From Chiloscyllium plagiosum (Eukaryota), in NCBI RefSeq assembly GCF_004010195.1, contig NC_057749.1, forward strand, positions 6,291,933 through 6,355,932: DNA of 64,000 nt, read 5' to 3'. Below, one piece after another: positions 25,452 through 37,361 of this stretch. The translations under genes and the position numbers were made by a program. Every line of letters starts with the position of its first letter. Position 1 is the first letter of the stretch. A model generated the notes under the pieces. The model was not told the origin of the DNA, made no database searches, and worked only from the letters and a program-made list of their open reading frames with translations.

Positions 25452-25675
25452 ACAAAGTCAGAAGTTACACGACACCAGATTATAGTTCAACAGGTTTTTT
25501 TGAAGTTGCAAGATTTTGGAGCGCGGCTCCTTCATCAATAAAAGTTGCATTTCACCTGTCGAAGGATCAGCGCTGTGAAAGCTTGTGACTTTAAATAAAC
25601 TTGTTCCACTATAACCTGGTGTCATGTGACTTCTACCTTTATCCACTCCAGTCTAACACCAGCATCTCCACAATA
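25452..25675. mobile_element. Fold-back hammerhead cassette (family B)
   Basis: Inverted arms with two decayed cores; TSD TGAAACAAAA (25442-25451/25676-25685). Confidence 0.8.
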
Positions 25676-26597
25676 TGAAACAAAAGCAGAAAATGCTGGA
25701 GTGTCTCAGTAGGTCTCCCAGCATTTGTGGAGAGAGAGAAAAAGAATTTTTGGCACGGACATTACAAGGGGTGTCAATCAAAGTTTAATTTCTTTATGTT
25801 AGTGCTAAGCTCCACATTTCTCACTGGAAATTCTGACCATGACTTCTTCATAAATGCGAAGCATTACTGAAATCAATCCAGACCTCCATAGTGCAGGATG
25901 ATCAGGGGAGGTCAAACCGTCCCCACTTTAACAGCAATCAAGGGGCTGTCTTCTGAGATTTACATGTCCAGCAGCACATCTAGAGACTTTGATAGCTACT
26001 AGAACTTTCAATTTTGTGGACAATTCTCACAAAGTCTGTTGTTTCAGAGATTCCTCAGGGTCTCAAACACTTGATTCAATTTTTTTTTTGGTCCAACGGC
26101 TGTCTGACCATAAAATATCTGCACCAATGTTTCAAGCCGAACAGAACACTGCTTTACAATTCAATTCTTCTCCAGAACTGTGGATTCTTTACAAACTTAT
26201 CATGGAGAAAGCTAAGTCAGGATTTATCTTCAGGCTAACCTTCAAAGTAACATTATATATTATACTTTCGTGTAAACTACTACATTACTTAGTAAACATA
26301 TGCTAGGCTCTAACTTACAGGCACATAAGATAATGATTAATCTGTCTTCTTTGAGTATTCATGTCCATGTGCTCTCATTGTATCTTTCAAAGATCCACAC
26401 ATTTCCATGTGCTTTCTTGTGAGTTTTGTCCACCCACTCTGTGATATTTATACCCAGTGATGTGCATCTTTATAACATCATCACAAGTGTGCTTCAGAAT
26501 TCCATCTCTTATGCAACAGTGCTGGGTTTCTTTGTCATGAAGCCCTCGTTTTGGTGAGTTAACTGAGGAAGCCTACTGATTGTCCATTGGAAACATC

Positions 26598-27205
26598 GGG
26601 GAGAAGGTACGGACTGCAGATGCTGGAGATGAGAGTCAAAAAGGGTGGCGCTGGAAAAGCACAGCTAGTCAGGCAGCATCCTAGGAGCAGGAGAGTCAAC
26701 ATTTTGGGCATTAACTCTTCATCAGGAATGTTTTTAAATTAGCTTACTTACAGTGTGGAAACAGGCCCTTTGGCCCAACAAGTCCACACTGACCCTCCGA
26801 AGAGCAACCCACCCAGACCCATTCCCCTACATTTACCCCTTCACCTAACACTGCGGGCAATTTAGCATGGCCAATTCATCTAACCTACACATTTTTGGAC
26901 TGTGGGAGGAAACCGGAGCACCCGGAGGAAACCCACACAGACACGGGGAGAATGTGCAAACTCCACACAGACAGTTTCCTGAGGTGGGAATTGAACCTGG
27001 GTCTGTGGCGCTGTGAGACAGCAGTGCTAACCACTGAGCCACCATGCTGCCCCCTAATGTTGTGGGGGGAGCGAAGTGGGCTGAGAGATAAATGGGAGTT
27101 GGGGTGGAGGTGAGGTAACTGGGAAGGTAGATGCAGGTGGGGGTGATGCTGATAGGTCAGAGGGGAGGGTGGAGCAGATAGATGGGAAGGAAGATGGAAA
27201 GTCAA
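26598..27205 (-). mobile_element. Longer family A element interrupted by an HE1 SINE
   Basis: Cassette at 26598-26730; its G-rich continuation at 27062-27205; AATGTT duplicated around the SINE. Confidence 0.7.
26740..27054 (-). mobile_element. HE1-type SINE, complete
   Basis: Head, body and tail all present. Confidence 0.9.
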
Positions 27206-27414
27206 GTTCTGCACTAGAACCTGAGCACAAGCATCAAGGTTGCCACTGGACTATGATATTCATGTAGTGATGCCTTGTTGATCGTGTTCTGACAAAACTT
27301 TCAGTTAACACCTCCCTCTGCCCTTTCAACTATACTTAGAAGGTATGATCATCCCAAGGTATGATCTTCAAAGAAGAGTTTTCCCCGAAATCTTGCTCAA
27401 TATTTGTCATTGAG

Positions 27415-27992
27415 TCAAGGCATGGAAACAGACCCTTTGGTCCAACTTGTCCATGCCAACCAGATATTCTAAATTAATCTAGTTTCATTTACCAGCATTT
27501 GGCCCATATCCCTCTAATCCTTTCCAATTCAGGTACCCATCCAAATGCCTTTTAAATGTTGTAATTGTACCAGCCTCCATCACTTCCCAGTCCATACCCA
27601 TACCACCCTTTGTGAAAACGTTGCCTCTCAGGTCCCTTTTTAAATCTTTCCTCTCCCACCTCAGTATTGGAATCCTCTACCCTGAGAATAAAAACCTGGC
27701 TATTCACCCTGTCCATGCCCCTCATGACTTTATAAACCTCTATAAGGTAACCCCTCAGCCTCCAAAATCCAGGGAAAATAGCCCCAGCCTATCAGCCTCT
27801 TTTATAGCTCAAACCTTTCAACCCCAACAACATCCCTGTAAATCTTTTGTGAACCCATTCAAGTTTAACAACATCTTGCCTATAGCAGGGAAACCAGAGT
27901 TGAATGGAGTATTCCAAAAGTGGCTTCACCAATGTCCTGTACAGCTACACCATGACCTCCTAACTCCTTTACTCAATGGACTGACCAACAAA
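27415..27992 (-). mobile_element. CR1/HER1-type LINE, truncated
   Basis: Homologous to 20457-21080. Confidence 0.85.
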
Positions 27993-28021
27993 GTCTTTCA
28001 ATCTACATCATAAAGCCAAAA

Positions 28022-28320
28022 GGGCAGCACGGTGGCTCAGTGGTTAGCACCGCTACTTCACAGCGCCAGGGACCCAGGTTCAGTCCCGGCTTCAGGTGAC
28101 TGTCTGTATGGAGTTTGCACATTCTCCCAGTGTCTACGTGTGTTTCCTCCGGGTGCTCTGGTTCCTCCCACAATTCAAAGATGTGTTGGTTAGGTGTATT
28201 GACCATGCTAAATTGTCCATAGTGTTCTGGGATGTGTAGGGTAGGTGGTCTAATTAGAGGGAATGGGTCTGGTTGGGATACTCTTCGGAGAGTGTGATAT
28301 GTTGGGCCAAATGGCCTGTT
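28022..28320 (+). mobile_element. HE1-type SINE
   Basis: GGGCAGCACGGTGGCTCAGTGGTTAGCAC head and shared body. Confidence 0.9.
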
Positions 28321-29017
28321 TATAAGAAATCATCTGTGCGTTGCAATGTTACTGCTGTGGGGAAATTAGCCACTGTATTGTAATAGTATATATATTTTAA
28401 AACACATTTCTGTTGATTGTAAAGTCCTTTGAAACATGTAGTGGTCATGAAAGTTGCTATAAAAATACAAATTCCTTCTTATTCCTTCTTATTTCTCCCT
28501 CCCATCCACACTGATGGCGTATTATGCAACCACTTTTAGGGGAACCTTGTAAAATCGATTTCACATTGAATTGATCAATTTATTTAATCTAGAGATTCCT
28601 TCCAAGTTTTTATGATACAGCACGCAGTAGCAATAAACTCTCTCAATAGGGAAGCTCATTCCCGAAGCATCAGATGTACCTTGATGGGATACACTCCAGC
28701 TGTCATGAAGCAATGTGATTTCCCATTAATTAGTTTCCAAACATAGAATAATCGAAAAGCAATTCCAAACTGGTCCTCGCCAGCATTCAAGTGGAGACTT
28801 GTCACTCTTTAATGTACTTGCTGCTTTTACTCATTTGTTTTGGAGTCTTTGATTAGTTTGTGAAGGGAGGCCAGGAAATGACACAAGTCCCGTCTGTACT
28901 CAAGTGAAACCTTTTCTTCCTGTGACTCACCGATTCTCTCCAACATCTCTACTTGATTATGCTCCCTAAAGAGACTGATCATTTTAAAAAAGAAATTCAA
29001 ATTTCCAGTTATGATTC

Positions 29018-29315
29018 GATTAGATTAGATTCCCTACTGTGAGGAAACAAGCCCTTCGGCCCACACCGACCCTCCGAAGAGCAACCCACCCAGACCCATT
29101 CCCCTACATTTACCCCGGCACCTAACACTACAGGCAATTTAACATGGCCAATTCACCTGGACTGGGGGAGGAAACCGGAGCACCCGGAGGAAACCCACGC
29201 AGACACGGGGAGAATGTGCAAACTCCACACAGACAGTTGCCCGAGGCTGGAATTGAACCCAGGTCCCTGGTGCTATGAGGCAGCAGTGCTGACCGCTGAG
29301 CCACCATGCCGCACC
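29018..29315 (-). mobile_element. HE1-type SINE
   Basis: Small internal deletion; (TTAGA)n tail. Confidence 0.9.
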
Positions 29316-29397
29316 CTTTGCAAGAAGGGTGCACGAGAGTATTTGGTGTTTTAAAATACTTGCTGTGCCAAATGTAAAAGGAACACTATTGACTCAA

Positions 29398-29714
29398 GAT
29401 TAGATTCCCTACAGTATGGAAACAGGTCATTCGGCCCAACAAGTCCACACCGGTGCTCTGAAGAGTAACCCACCCCGTTCCATTCCCCTATCCTATATTT
29501 ACCCCCGACTAACACAATGGGCAATTTATCATGGCCAACTCACCTGACCTGCACATCTTTGGATTGTGGAAGGGAACTGGAGCAACCTGAGGAAACTCAC
29601 GCAGACACGGGGAGTATGTGCAAACTCCAAACAGACAGTTGCCCGAGGCTGGAATTGAACCCAGGTCCCTGGTGCTGTGAGGCAGCAGTGCTAACCACTG
29701 AGCTACTGTGCCAC
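29398..29714 (-). mobile_element. HE1-type SINE
   Basis: Complete copy about 80 bp from the previous one, same orientation. Confidence 0.9.
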
Positions 29715-29749
29715 CTCAATTACTTTCACTTCATAAGCAACTTATGCTT

Positions 29750-29963
29750 AAATGAAAACAGAAAGTGTTGGAGCAGCTCAGCAGGCCTGGCAGCAATGTG
29801 TGGAGGGAAATCAAAGTTAACATTTCGGGTCTCTCAGAACCCATAATTCTGAGGAAGGTTCGCTGGATCTGAAACGTTAACTTTGATTTCTCTCCACAGA
29901 TGCTGCCAGACCTGCTGAGCTTTTACAGCAATTTTCTGGTTTCAGTTTATGGCATCCACAGTT
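29750..29963. mobile_element. Fold-back hammerhead cassette (family C)
   Basis: Inverted arms; CTGAGGA-AGGTTCGCTGGATCT-GAA-ACGT-T at 29849-29878; TSD CTTATGCTT (29741-29749/29964-29972). Confidence 0.8.
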
Positions 29964-29995
29964 CTTATGCTTTAAACTGGCTGAACGTAATTTTC

Positions 29996-30351
29996 TTTTT
30001 TTCTATTCATTCATGGGATGTGATCATTGCTGGCTAGGCCAGGATTTATTGCCCATCCCTAATTGCCCAGAGGGCAGTTAAGAGTCAACCACATTGCTGT
30101 GGGTCTGGAGTCATATGTAGGCCAGACCAGGTAAGGATGGCGGTTTCCTTACCTCAAGGACATTAGTGAACCAGATGGGCTTTTCCCCAATAATCGACAA
30201 TGGATTTTTGGTCATCATTTCATTCTTAATTCCAGAGTTTTATTTAATTCAAATTCCACCATGGCAGTATTTGAACCCAGGTTCCCAGGCCATTACCTGG
30301 GCCTCTGAATTAACAGCCCACCAATAATACCATTAGGCCAGCATCTCCCCC
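29996..30351 (-). mobile_element. tRNA-derived SINE (family 2), best-preserved copy
   Basis: B box GGTTCAAATAC, shared core, ATGAATGAATAGAAAAA tail. Confidence 0.8.
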
Positions 30352-31316
30352 TTGGGAGTGCATTGGACTCCACTATTCAAGAAAGAAGGGAGACAGAAAG
30401 CAGGAAAGTACAGGTGGTTAGTGAAACATCTAACATCGGAAAATATGTAAGAATATATTGTTAACCACTTAGAAAATCATAAACACAGTCAGGCAGAGAG
30501 AGTCAGCATGGATTTGTAAAAGGAAAACCATGTTTGAGAAGTAGTTAGATTTCTTTGAGGACAAGTAAAGGAGATAAAAAGGGACCAGCAGACACATTAT
30601 ACTTAGATTTCCAGAAGGCATTTCACAAGGTGTCAGATCAACTTGTGTTATGCAAAATAAGAGCTCATAGTGTAGGGAGCAACATAGTGGCACGGTTGGA
30701 CGATTGGCTTGCTAAGTGGAAGCAGACACTGAGCATAAATGGGTCATCTTTGAGTTGACAGGATATAACAAGCAGTGTATCACAGGGATCAGTGTTAGCA
30801 GCTTCAATTTTTTTTGCAGTCTATATACAGCAACTTTTGTTTGAACCTTATGAACTGGCACTCTCAACCTCAATACCATGAAGTTCACTGTATTCTTCAG
30901 TCCAATTATTGCTGTTGTTCAAATTTATGTAGCTCGATGTAAATATACTTGTTGCTCATCCAAATGGCTCCATGAAATATGGGTGATTCAATTTCTCTTC
31001 AAACACTGTGATGTTTGAGTGGCCAGTTCAGAGTGCAAGTGAGAAGGCTCTCTGCCAGTAAGTTTTATTTAAGGTATAATTGCATTATTATTGAAATGAT
31101 TTGTGGTGTAAATAAAATATAATAGTAATGTGTATAACCCCTGCATTATGTTTCTATTACTTAGCGTGTGTTTTTACATTGATTATGTGGATCTCTTATG
31201 ACAATGCCCCTCCTTCAACAAGACTATTCTGTCTTTGGACATTTTTACAGAGGTGTTGTAAAAGCAGAGGTTCTGATATGACTGGGAATAACTACCTGGA
31301 AAAGTTTTTAAGTGTG

Positions 31317-32078
31317 CAAGGTTTGTGAAGGTTGGTAGCTCAGATTGAGGTTTAGGGTGTAGGTTTGCTCGCTGAGCTGTAGGTTTAATATCCAGACGTT
31401 TCATTATCTGGCTAGGTAACATCATCAGGGGAGACCTCCAAGTGAAGCGAAGCTGTTGTCTCCTACTTTCTATTTATATCTTTCTTCTGGATGAGGTTCC
31501 TGGGGTTTGTGGTGATGTTATTTCCTGTTCGTTTTCTGAGGGGTTGATAGATGGTATCTAGATCTATGTGTTTGTTTATGGCGTTGTGGTTGGAGTGATA
31601 GGCCTCTGGGAATTCTCTGCTTAGCCTGCCCCAGGATAGATGTGTTGTCCCAGTCGATGTGTTGGTTTTTTTCCTCCGTGTGTAGGGCTACGAGGGAGAG
31701 AGGGTAGTGTCTTTTTGTGGCTAGCTGGTGTTCGTGTATCCTGGTGGCTAACATTCTTCCTGTTTGTCCTATGTAGTGTTTGTGGCAGTCCTTGCATGGA
31801 TTTTTGCAGATGACGTTGATGTTGCCCATGGGATGTACTGGGTCTTTTAAGTTTGTTTGTTTTTGTTTGAGAATGTTGGTGGGTTTGTGTGCTACCACGA
31901 TTCCGAGGGATCTTAGTAGTCTGGCTGTCATTGCTGAAACTTCTTTGATATATGGTAAGGTGGTTAGGGTTTCTGGCTGTGTTTGGTCTGCTTGTCGTGG
32001 TTTGTTCCTGAGGAATCTGTGCACTGTATTTTTTGAGCATCCGTTCTTCTTGAATACGTTGTATAGGTGGTTCTCCTC
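31317..32078 (-). mobile_element. Penelope-like element, 5'-truncated (RT C-terminus, GIY-YIG, terminus)
   Basis: ORF 31518-32024 TLPYIKEVS...NVICKNPCKDCHKHYIGQTGRMLATRIHEH...DWDNTSILGQAKQR; exact 14-bp TSD AGTTTTTAAGTGTG (31303-31316/32079-32092). Confidence 0.92.
31393..31430 (-). ncRNA. Hammerhead motif at the Penelope terminus (family D), core intact
   Basis: CTGATGA-T-GTTACC-TAGCCA-GATAAT-GAA-ACGT-C, about 90 nt downstream of the GIY-YIG ORF. Confidence 0.7.
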
Positions 32079-32212
32079 AGTTTTTAAGTGTGTTTTTTTT
32101 TAAAGAAACACTTGTACAATGAAAGGGGAATGGTCAGTTCTCTCAGTCCTAGTTGGTTTGGTTTGGTTTGGTTTTAGCAAGATGTTTGGATTGCAGCTGC
32201 TGGTTATGTTTT

Positions 32213-32310
32213 AGCTGGGGACCCAGAGAAGCTGCTGGGAGACCAGAGAAGCTGCTGGGAGACCAGAGAAGCTGCTGGGAACCCAGAGAGGTTGCTGGGA
32301 ACCCAGAAAA
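32213..32310. repeat. 20-21 bp minisatellite inside the LTR
   Basis: GAAGCTGCTGGGAGACCAGA repeated about 4.5 times. Confidence 0.9.
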
Positions 32311-32843
32311 GCAGTTTCCATGCTGATTCTCTCTTCTTTGTGACATCTCTCCCCTCAGAAACTGGGTTTGATTTTATTTTTTTGCCAAGAGGATGTTTGT
32401 GGGGATATTGCAGATATTTGGAACATCATCATCAAATTGCAATAGAGTCAATTGGTTTACAGATAAGTTAATTTATCTTAAGTTTGGTTCTGTTTTGCTT
32501 GTGTTTCATTCAATAGTCTGTGAATAAATTCTGATTTGTTTAAAACTAAGTGGTTTAATCAGCTGCATCGCTCCTGGGATATCCACTTTACACCTGCTTA
32601 AAACAACTAGAAAAGTTAGGGTCTGGGCTACCTTCTTGAAATGTTTTAGGGGGTCTGGCCTGGTCCATAATACTCTTGATTATTTGGAATATTTGATCAA
32701 CCCAACACACTCCTAGTCCCATAGGTTCTGGATAATAAAACATTTGCTGAAATTAACTTGGATAAAAGGATCAAATGCATGTTGATAAATTTGCTGGTGA
32801 TACAATGACAGTCAGCGAAATAAGTTGTGATGTGGCTATAAGG

Positions 32844-33217
32844 AATCTTAAAGTGTGGCACTGGAAAAGCACAGCAGCTCAGGCAGCATCTGAGGAGCAG
32901 GACAGTCAACATTTCAGGCATAATCCCTTCTTCAGGAATGTCCAAGTGATTTGGCTTATGGCCAAAACATTGACTCTCCTGCTCCTCAGCGCCACACCTG
33001 CAGCGCCACACTTTCAGACTCCGATAGCCACATCACAACTTATTTCCAGGGCCACACCTTTCGACTCTGATCTCCAACGTCTGCAGTCAGATGCTGCCTG
33101 ACCTGCTGCGCTTTTCCATCGCCACACTTTCAGACTCCGATAGCCACATCACAACTTATTTCCAGGGCCACACCTTTCGACTCTGATCTCCAACGTCTGC
33201 AGTCCCCACTTTCTCCC
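32844..33217. mobile_element. Complex fold-back family A cassette with internal duplication
   Basis: ATAAGG TSD (32838-32843/33218-33223); 85-bp exact duplication at 33004-33088/33120-33204. Confidence 0.8.
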
Positions 33218-33361
33218 ATAAGGTGTCTGCAAAGGTTAGGTTGGGCGGTGGGCAAATGTTTGGCAGGTAAAGTATAAAGTTGGGAAATGTGAACTTGGTA
33301 CATTTTGGCAGAAGAAAAAAAAAGCAACATATGTTGGTCCATATCATATATCCAATTTGTT

Positions 33362-33676
33362 GGGACGGCATGGTGGCTCAGTGGTTAGCACTGCTGCCTC
33401 ACAGCGCCAGGGACCCAGGTTCGATTCCCACCTCGGGTGACTGTCTGTGTAGAGCTGGAACATTCTTCCTGTGTCTGCATGGGTTTCCTCCGTGTGCTCT
33501 AGTTTCCTCCCATAGTCCAAAGGTGTGCAGGTTAGGTGAATTGGTCATGCTAAACTGCCCATAGTCAGGGGTAAATATAGGAAAGGGGAATGGGTTTGAG
33601 TGGGTTACTCTTCAGAGGGTCAGTGTGGACTTGTTGGGCTGAAGGGCCTGTTTCCATACTGTAGGGAATCTAATCT
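33362..33676 (+). mobile_element. HE1-type SINE with intact Pol III boxes
   Basis: A box TGGCTCAGTGG at 33374-33384; B box GGTTCGATTCC at 33418-33428. Confidence 0.9.
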
Positions 33677-34439
33677 CATATGATCTAAATGGCGAGAGAC
33701 TGCAGAACTGGATTATAGAACGATCTCGATATCCTGGCTTATAAATGACTAATGTTAGCATTCGGGTGCAGCGAGAGGTCTGGAAAGCATGTGGAATGTT
33801 GCTTGTTGCACGGGGAATGGAATATAAAGGTAGGGATGGACATTGATGCGGCCACATCTGGAGTACTGCGCGCAATTTTGATTTTCTTGTTTAAGAAAGG
33901 ACGTAAATAGGTTCAAAGCAGCTCAGAGAAGGTTCACTTGCCTGCTGTCTTGGATGGGCGTGTATGAGGAAGTGTCGAATTGGCTAGGCCTGTATCCACT
34001 GGAGAAGAATGGGAGAAGATCTTACTGGAATGTGTAGGATCCTGGGGGGACGTGAGAGGACACTGAGGGGGAGGTGGAAATGTGGAATTGACTCCACAAT
34101 CAGATCAGCCATGATGCTAAAGAATGATGGGGTGGACTAGAGGGCCCGAATGGCCTGCACCTACTCAAGCTTCTTATTTATGTTTGTATGTTCACATGGT
34201 TTCCATGCACCTCACCAGGATCACCAAGGCAAGTATTACAATGGAAAGAGCTTTTCCAGTGAAATTATCTGGAGATTAACACGTTTGCCATTGGTGGAAG
34301 CATGCTGTATGCAAATTGGCTGCTGTGTTTCCAGCTTAACCACAATGATTAGCCTGCAAGAAATCATCCCTCGTCTAAAAAGGAGTTGCCTCATAAGGCG
34401 CTAGGGAATGGCTAGAATGTTTCTCTACTCATTCTACGT

Positions 34440-34570
34440 GATTCAACCACCTGACGAAGGAGCAGCGCATCCAAAGCTAGTGCCTCCAAATAAACCTGTT
34501 GGACTATAACCTGGAGTTGTGTGATTTTTAACTTTATCCACCCTCGTCCAACGCCGACTCCTCCAAATCA
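34440..34570 (+). mobile_element. Family B hammerhead cassette, single arm
   Basis: CACCTGACGAAGGAGCAGCGCATCCAAAGCTAGTG...AAACCTGTTGGACTATAACCTGG. Confidence 0.75.
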
Positions 34571-35279
34571 TTCCACACAGGGTTGAGTAGTGGCAAAGTG
34601 CCCCACCTGGTGGTCATGCCTGGAACTGCCAAAGTGGTAACAATTTGAATATTCGTTTCAGCCAGGATTTTTACCTGGCTTCCGGATGCAAAATCCAAGA
34701 AGGAAATTCAGCTTCTTTTCCATAAGCCGTCCTGGGAATTTGTTGTGTTCCTTGATGCATTCCGGCTGGATGGATGAGAGAGTTAAAGTGACCCCAATTT
34801 AGGTGACTCGGTGGACACCAAATAAATTTTGTAGGTCAGTGGATTCTGGAAGGCAGCCACAGTCAGTCCCTGATTGTAATTGCTTCTATCAAAGTGCAGG
34901 TAAGTGGTGTGCAGTGATCCATTATCCGAAAATGGTCCTTTTAATTATTAAGATAGGGCAGCTTCTCACTTTCCGCAGTTATTTCACTGTTAAGAAATGC
35001 ATGCAGCATTCTGTTAGCTACTCCACCTGCTGTGCCCACAGTATTTTCAGCTCAGTGGGTAGAAAAAGCTGTGCTGATTGTTCTTATACTATGAGTGCCA
35101 GAAGAGACAGAGAGAGGGGAGATTAGAAAGAGGGGGCGGGGGAGAAAAAGCAACCTGCTGGGAATGTGAGGAGAGAACACAGACACTCTGGAAGTGCACA
35201 ACAGATGCACAAACTGGTGTGAAGTGGAAAGGCAGATTGATACTCCAAGTAGAGATCTTAGCTGACTTGAAAAGCGAAG

Positions 35280-35565
35280 TTAAAAATCACACAACACCAA
35301 GTTATAGTCCAACAAGTTTAATTGGAAGCACTAGCTTTCGGAGCAGTTAGATTCCCTACGATGTGGAAACAGGCCCTTCGGCCCAACCAGTCCACACCGA
35401 CCCTCCGAAGAGTAACCCACCCAGACCCATTTCCCTCTGACTAATGCACCTAGCACCATGGCCAATTTAGCATGGCCAATTCACCTGACCTAGTGCTTCC
35501 AATTAAACCTGTTGGACTATAACCTGGTGTTGTGTGATTTTTAACATTGTACACACCCCAGTCCA
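35280..35565. mobile_element. Fold-back family B cassette enclosing an HE1 SINE 3' fragment (35347-35490)
   Basis: 15-bp TSD ACTTGAAAAG(C/T)GAAG (35265-35279/35566-35580). Confidence 0.85.
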
Positions 35566-35649
35566 ACTTGAAAAGTGAAGGCAAACAAACTATGGGTCAG
35601 GCTGAGCAAAAGGTGGCAGACAAAGTTTACATGAGGAGAGAAACTTCTG

Positions 35650-36310
35650 GAACATTTGAATCAGGTGCAGAATGAAGCCATTCGGTCTTTCAAGCCTGCT
35701 CCACCACTCAAATAGGTGGCTCTGTTAGTGTTTCAAATTCAGCACACCCACCCAACCCCAACACTCCCACTCAGTGGCTTCCCCCTGTGTCAAGAATCTA
35801 TCTACCTCAAATCCTAGAAATAATCAATGACCTTCTGAGGTACAGAATTCTAAAGACATGTAACCCTTTGAGAGAGAAAAAAAATTACCCTCATCTCTGT
35901 GAGTATGAGCCAAGTGCAGGCAGGTGGGAATAATTTAGTTTGGGATTGTAGTTGGCATGGACTGGTTGGAGATAGGTCCATGTTTCCATGCTTTATGACT
36001 TTATGACTCTATCCTGAAAAGACACTTTTAAAAGCATCCCCCAGATCTGGATTTACTTACAACAGGAAAGAGCCTTTCCTGTGAGCACTTCGTCAAGACA
36101 ATTCACGGTCTTATACACTTCAGTCAACTTTATCAGATCAAGGTTGAAGTCCAATCTTCTAAACTCCAGTGAAAGCAAGACCAACCTGTCCAATGTATCT
36201 TCCTAAGACAATCTGTGAATTCCAGCTATAAATCTATGAAATAATCTCTGAACCAACTTCATTGCATTTATATCCTTCCTTACGTAAGGAGACTAAAACT
36301 CTAATAAAGT
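35650..36310 (-). mobile_element. Old CR1 3' region with a plus-strand CR1 tail inserted (about 35900-36012)
   Basis: Decayed CR1 motifs; ATGACTTTATGACTCT tail. Confidence 0.6.
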
Positions 36311-37133
36311 CCCTGGGGACCCCACATGCAGCACCAATAGCATCCACCGCTGAGTTTATGACATTACTGGTATCACTGCAGCTGCTACATTAGTCCGCCC
36401 TTGCCCCAACTGATGCCTCGAAATGACAAATTATCAGGGATAGGGCAAGAATGTGGTAGGCATGGCAGGGACAGTGGTTAGAGGGGGGAAAAAAGAGATT
36501 GACAAACCAACATGTCAGTCTTGCAGGGCAAAGGGGAATTCTTTAAGCAACCTTAAGGATCAGCACCTCATCTTTTGACTTGACACTTCACGGACCTCCA
36601 GACCAAATGCTGAGTTTAACAACTGCAGACTGACCCCTATTTTGGTTCCTTTTTCTTTGCCTGTTTCAGGGTCTCCCTTACTTTCAGTTTCTGACAGTAA
36701 CAAATAGCATATTTTTAGGCATATCTTTGATTTCTTTTCTTGCTTCATTGCCATTCCCTTTAGCCCTGAAAGTGTAAGTCTCCCATCATTCATCTCTCCC
36801 GTCTTCCACCAGTAGAACTGGCAGCTAATAGTTGGGCCACACTGTGTTCACCAATCCCCTTTCTAGATATTTCAAAAGTAACCTGTTCAGAATTATAACA
36901 CATCCCTGGAACAGATAGGAATTGAACCCCTGCCTCCTGCTCCAGGGATAGGGGCACTATGATGCACCATAAGAGCTCCCAAATTCTCCTTCTAAATATT
37001 CTTAATTAACCTATTTAGGAATGTTACTATACACTGCTGGACTTGAACTCCTGGTTCAGAGGTAGTGACACTGCCACTCCACCTGCCTATACTAAGTCTC
37101 AGGATCTGTTTGATCAACAATGTAAAGGACAAG

Positions 37134-37361
37134 AGAGTGGTGCTGGAAAGGCACAGCAGGTCAGGCAGCATCCAATGGAGCAGGAGAATCGACGTTTCGG
37201 TCAAAAGCCCTTCATCAGGAATGCTGATCACATTCCTGATGAAGGGCTTTTGCCTGAAACATCAACTTCCCTGCTTCTTGGATGCTGCCTGACCTGCTGC
37301 GCTTTTCCAGCACCACACTCTCACCTCTGATCTCCAGCATCTGCAGTCCTCACTTTCTCCT
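37134..37361. mobile_element. Fold-back family A cassette with two divergent hammerhead motifs
   Basis: Cores at 37191-37218 (-) and 37236-37263 (+); exact 15-bp TSD AATGTAAAGGACAAG (37119-37133/37362-37376). Confidence 0.9.

Larger units (their letters stand above)
31274..32672 (+). mobile_element. Solo LTR related to 17826-18485, interrupted by Penelope
   Basis: Shared 3' end TTAGGGTCTGGGCTACCTTCTT...GGTCTGGCCTGGTCCATAA and AATAAA at 32523. The 5' boundary is uncertain because no TSD was found. Confidence 0.7.
30828..32749. mobile_element. pogo/Tigger-like non-autonomous DNA transposon (hosts an LTR and a Penelope)
   Basis: Imperfect TIRs CAGCAACTTTTG.../...AAAACATTTGCTG with TA on the left side. 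The CR1 host is contiguous across it. Confidence 0.6.
30352..34195 (+). mobile_element. Old CR1 RT-to-3' region fragmented by several later insertions
   Basis: YLDFQKAFHKV (about 30600) and QGSVL (30785); resumes as KFAGDT (32790), LVHFGR (33300), RPHLEYCAQF (33850) and a tail near 34190. Confidence 0.8.

Noticed and set aside
29018..29714. Tandem SINE pair as a dimeric element or local duplication
   Set aside because: The copies differ by several indels and are separated by unrelated sequence; independent insertions are expected at this SINE density.
32213..32310. Short direct repeats resembling a CRISPR array
   Set aside because: Contiguous units with no spacers, in vertebrate DNA and inside an LTR.
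33362..33435. tRNA-like sequence with A and B boxes
   Set aside because: It is a SINE head that continues into the HE1 body and occurs many times; not a tRNA gene.
34835..34899. Possible 65-nt exon bounded by TAG and GTAAGT
   Set aside because: Weak pyrimidine tract, unrecognisable peptide (SVDSGRQPQSVPDCNCFYQSA) and no neighbouring exons; needs RNA-seq.
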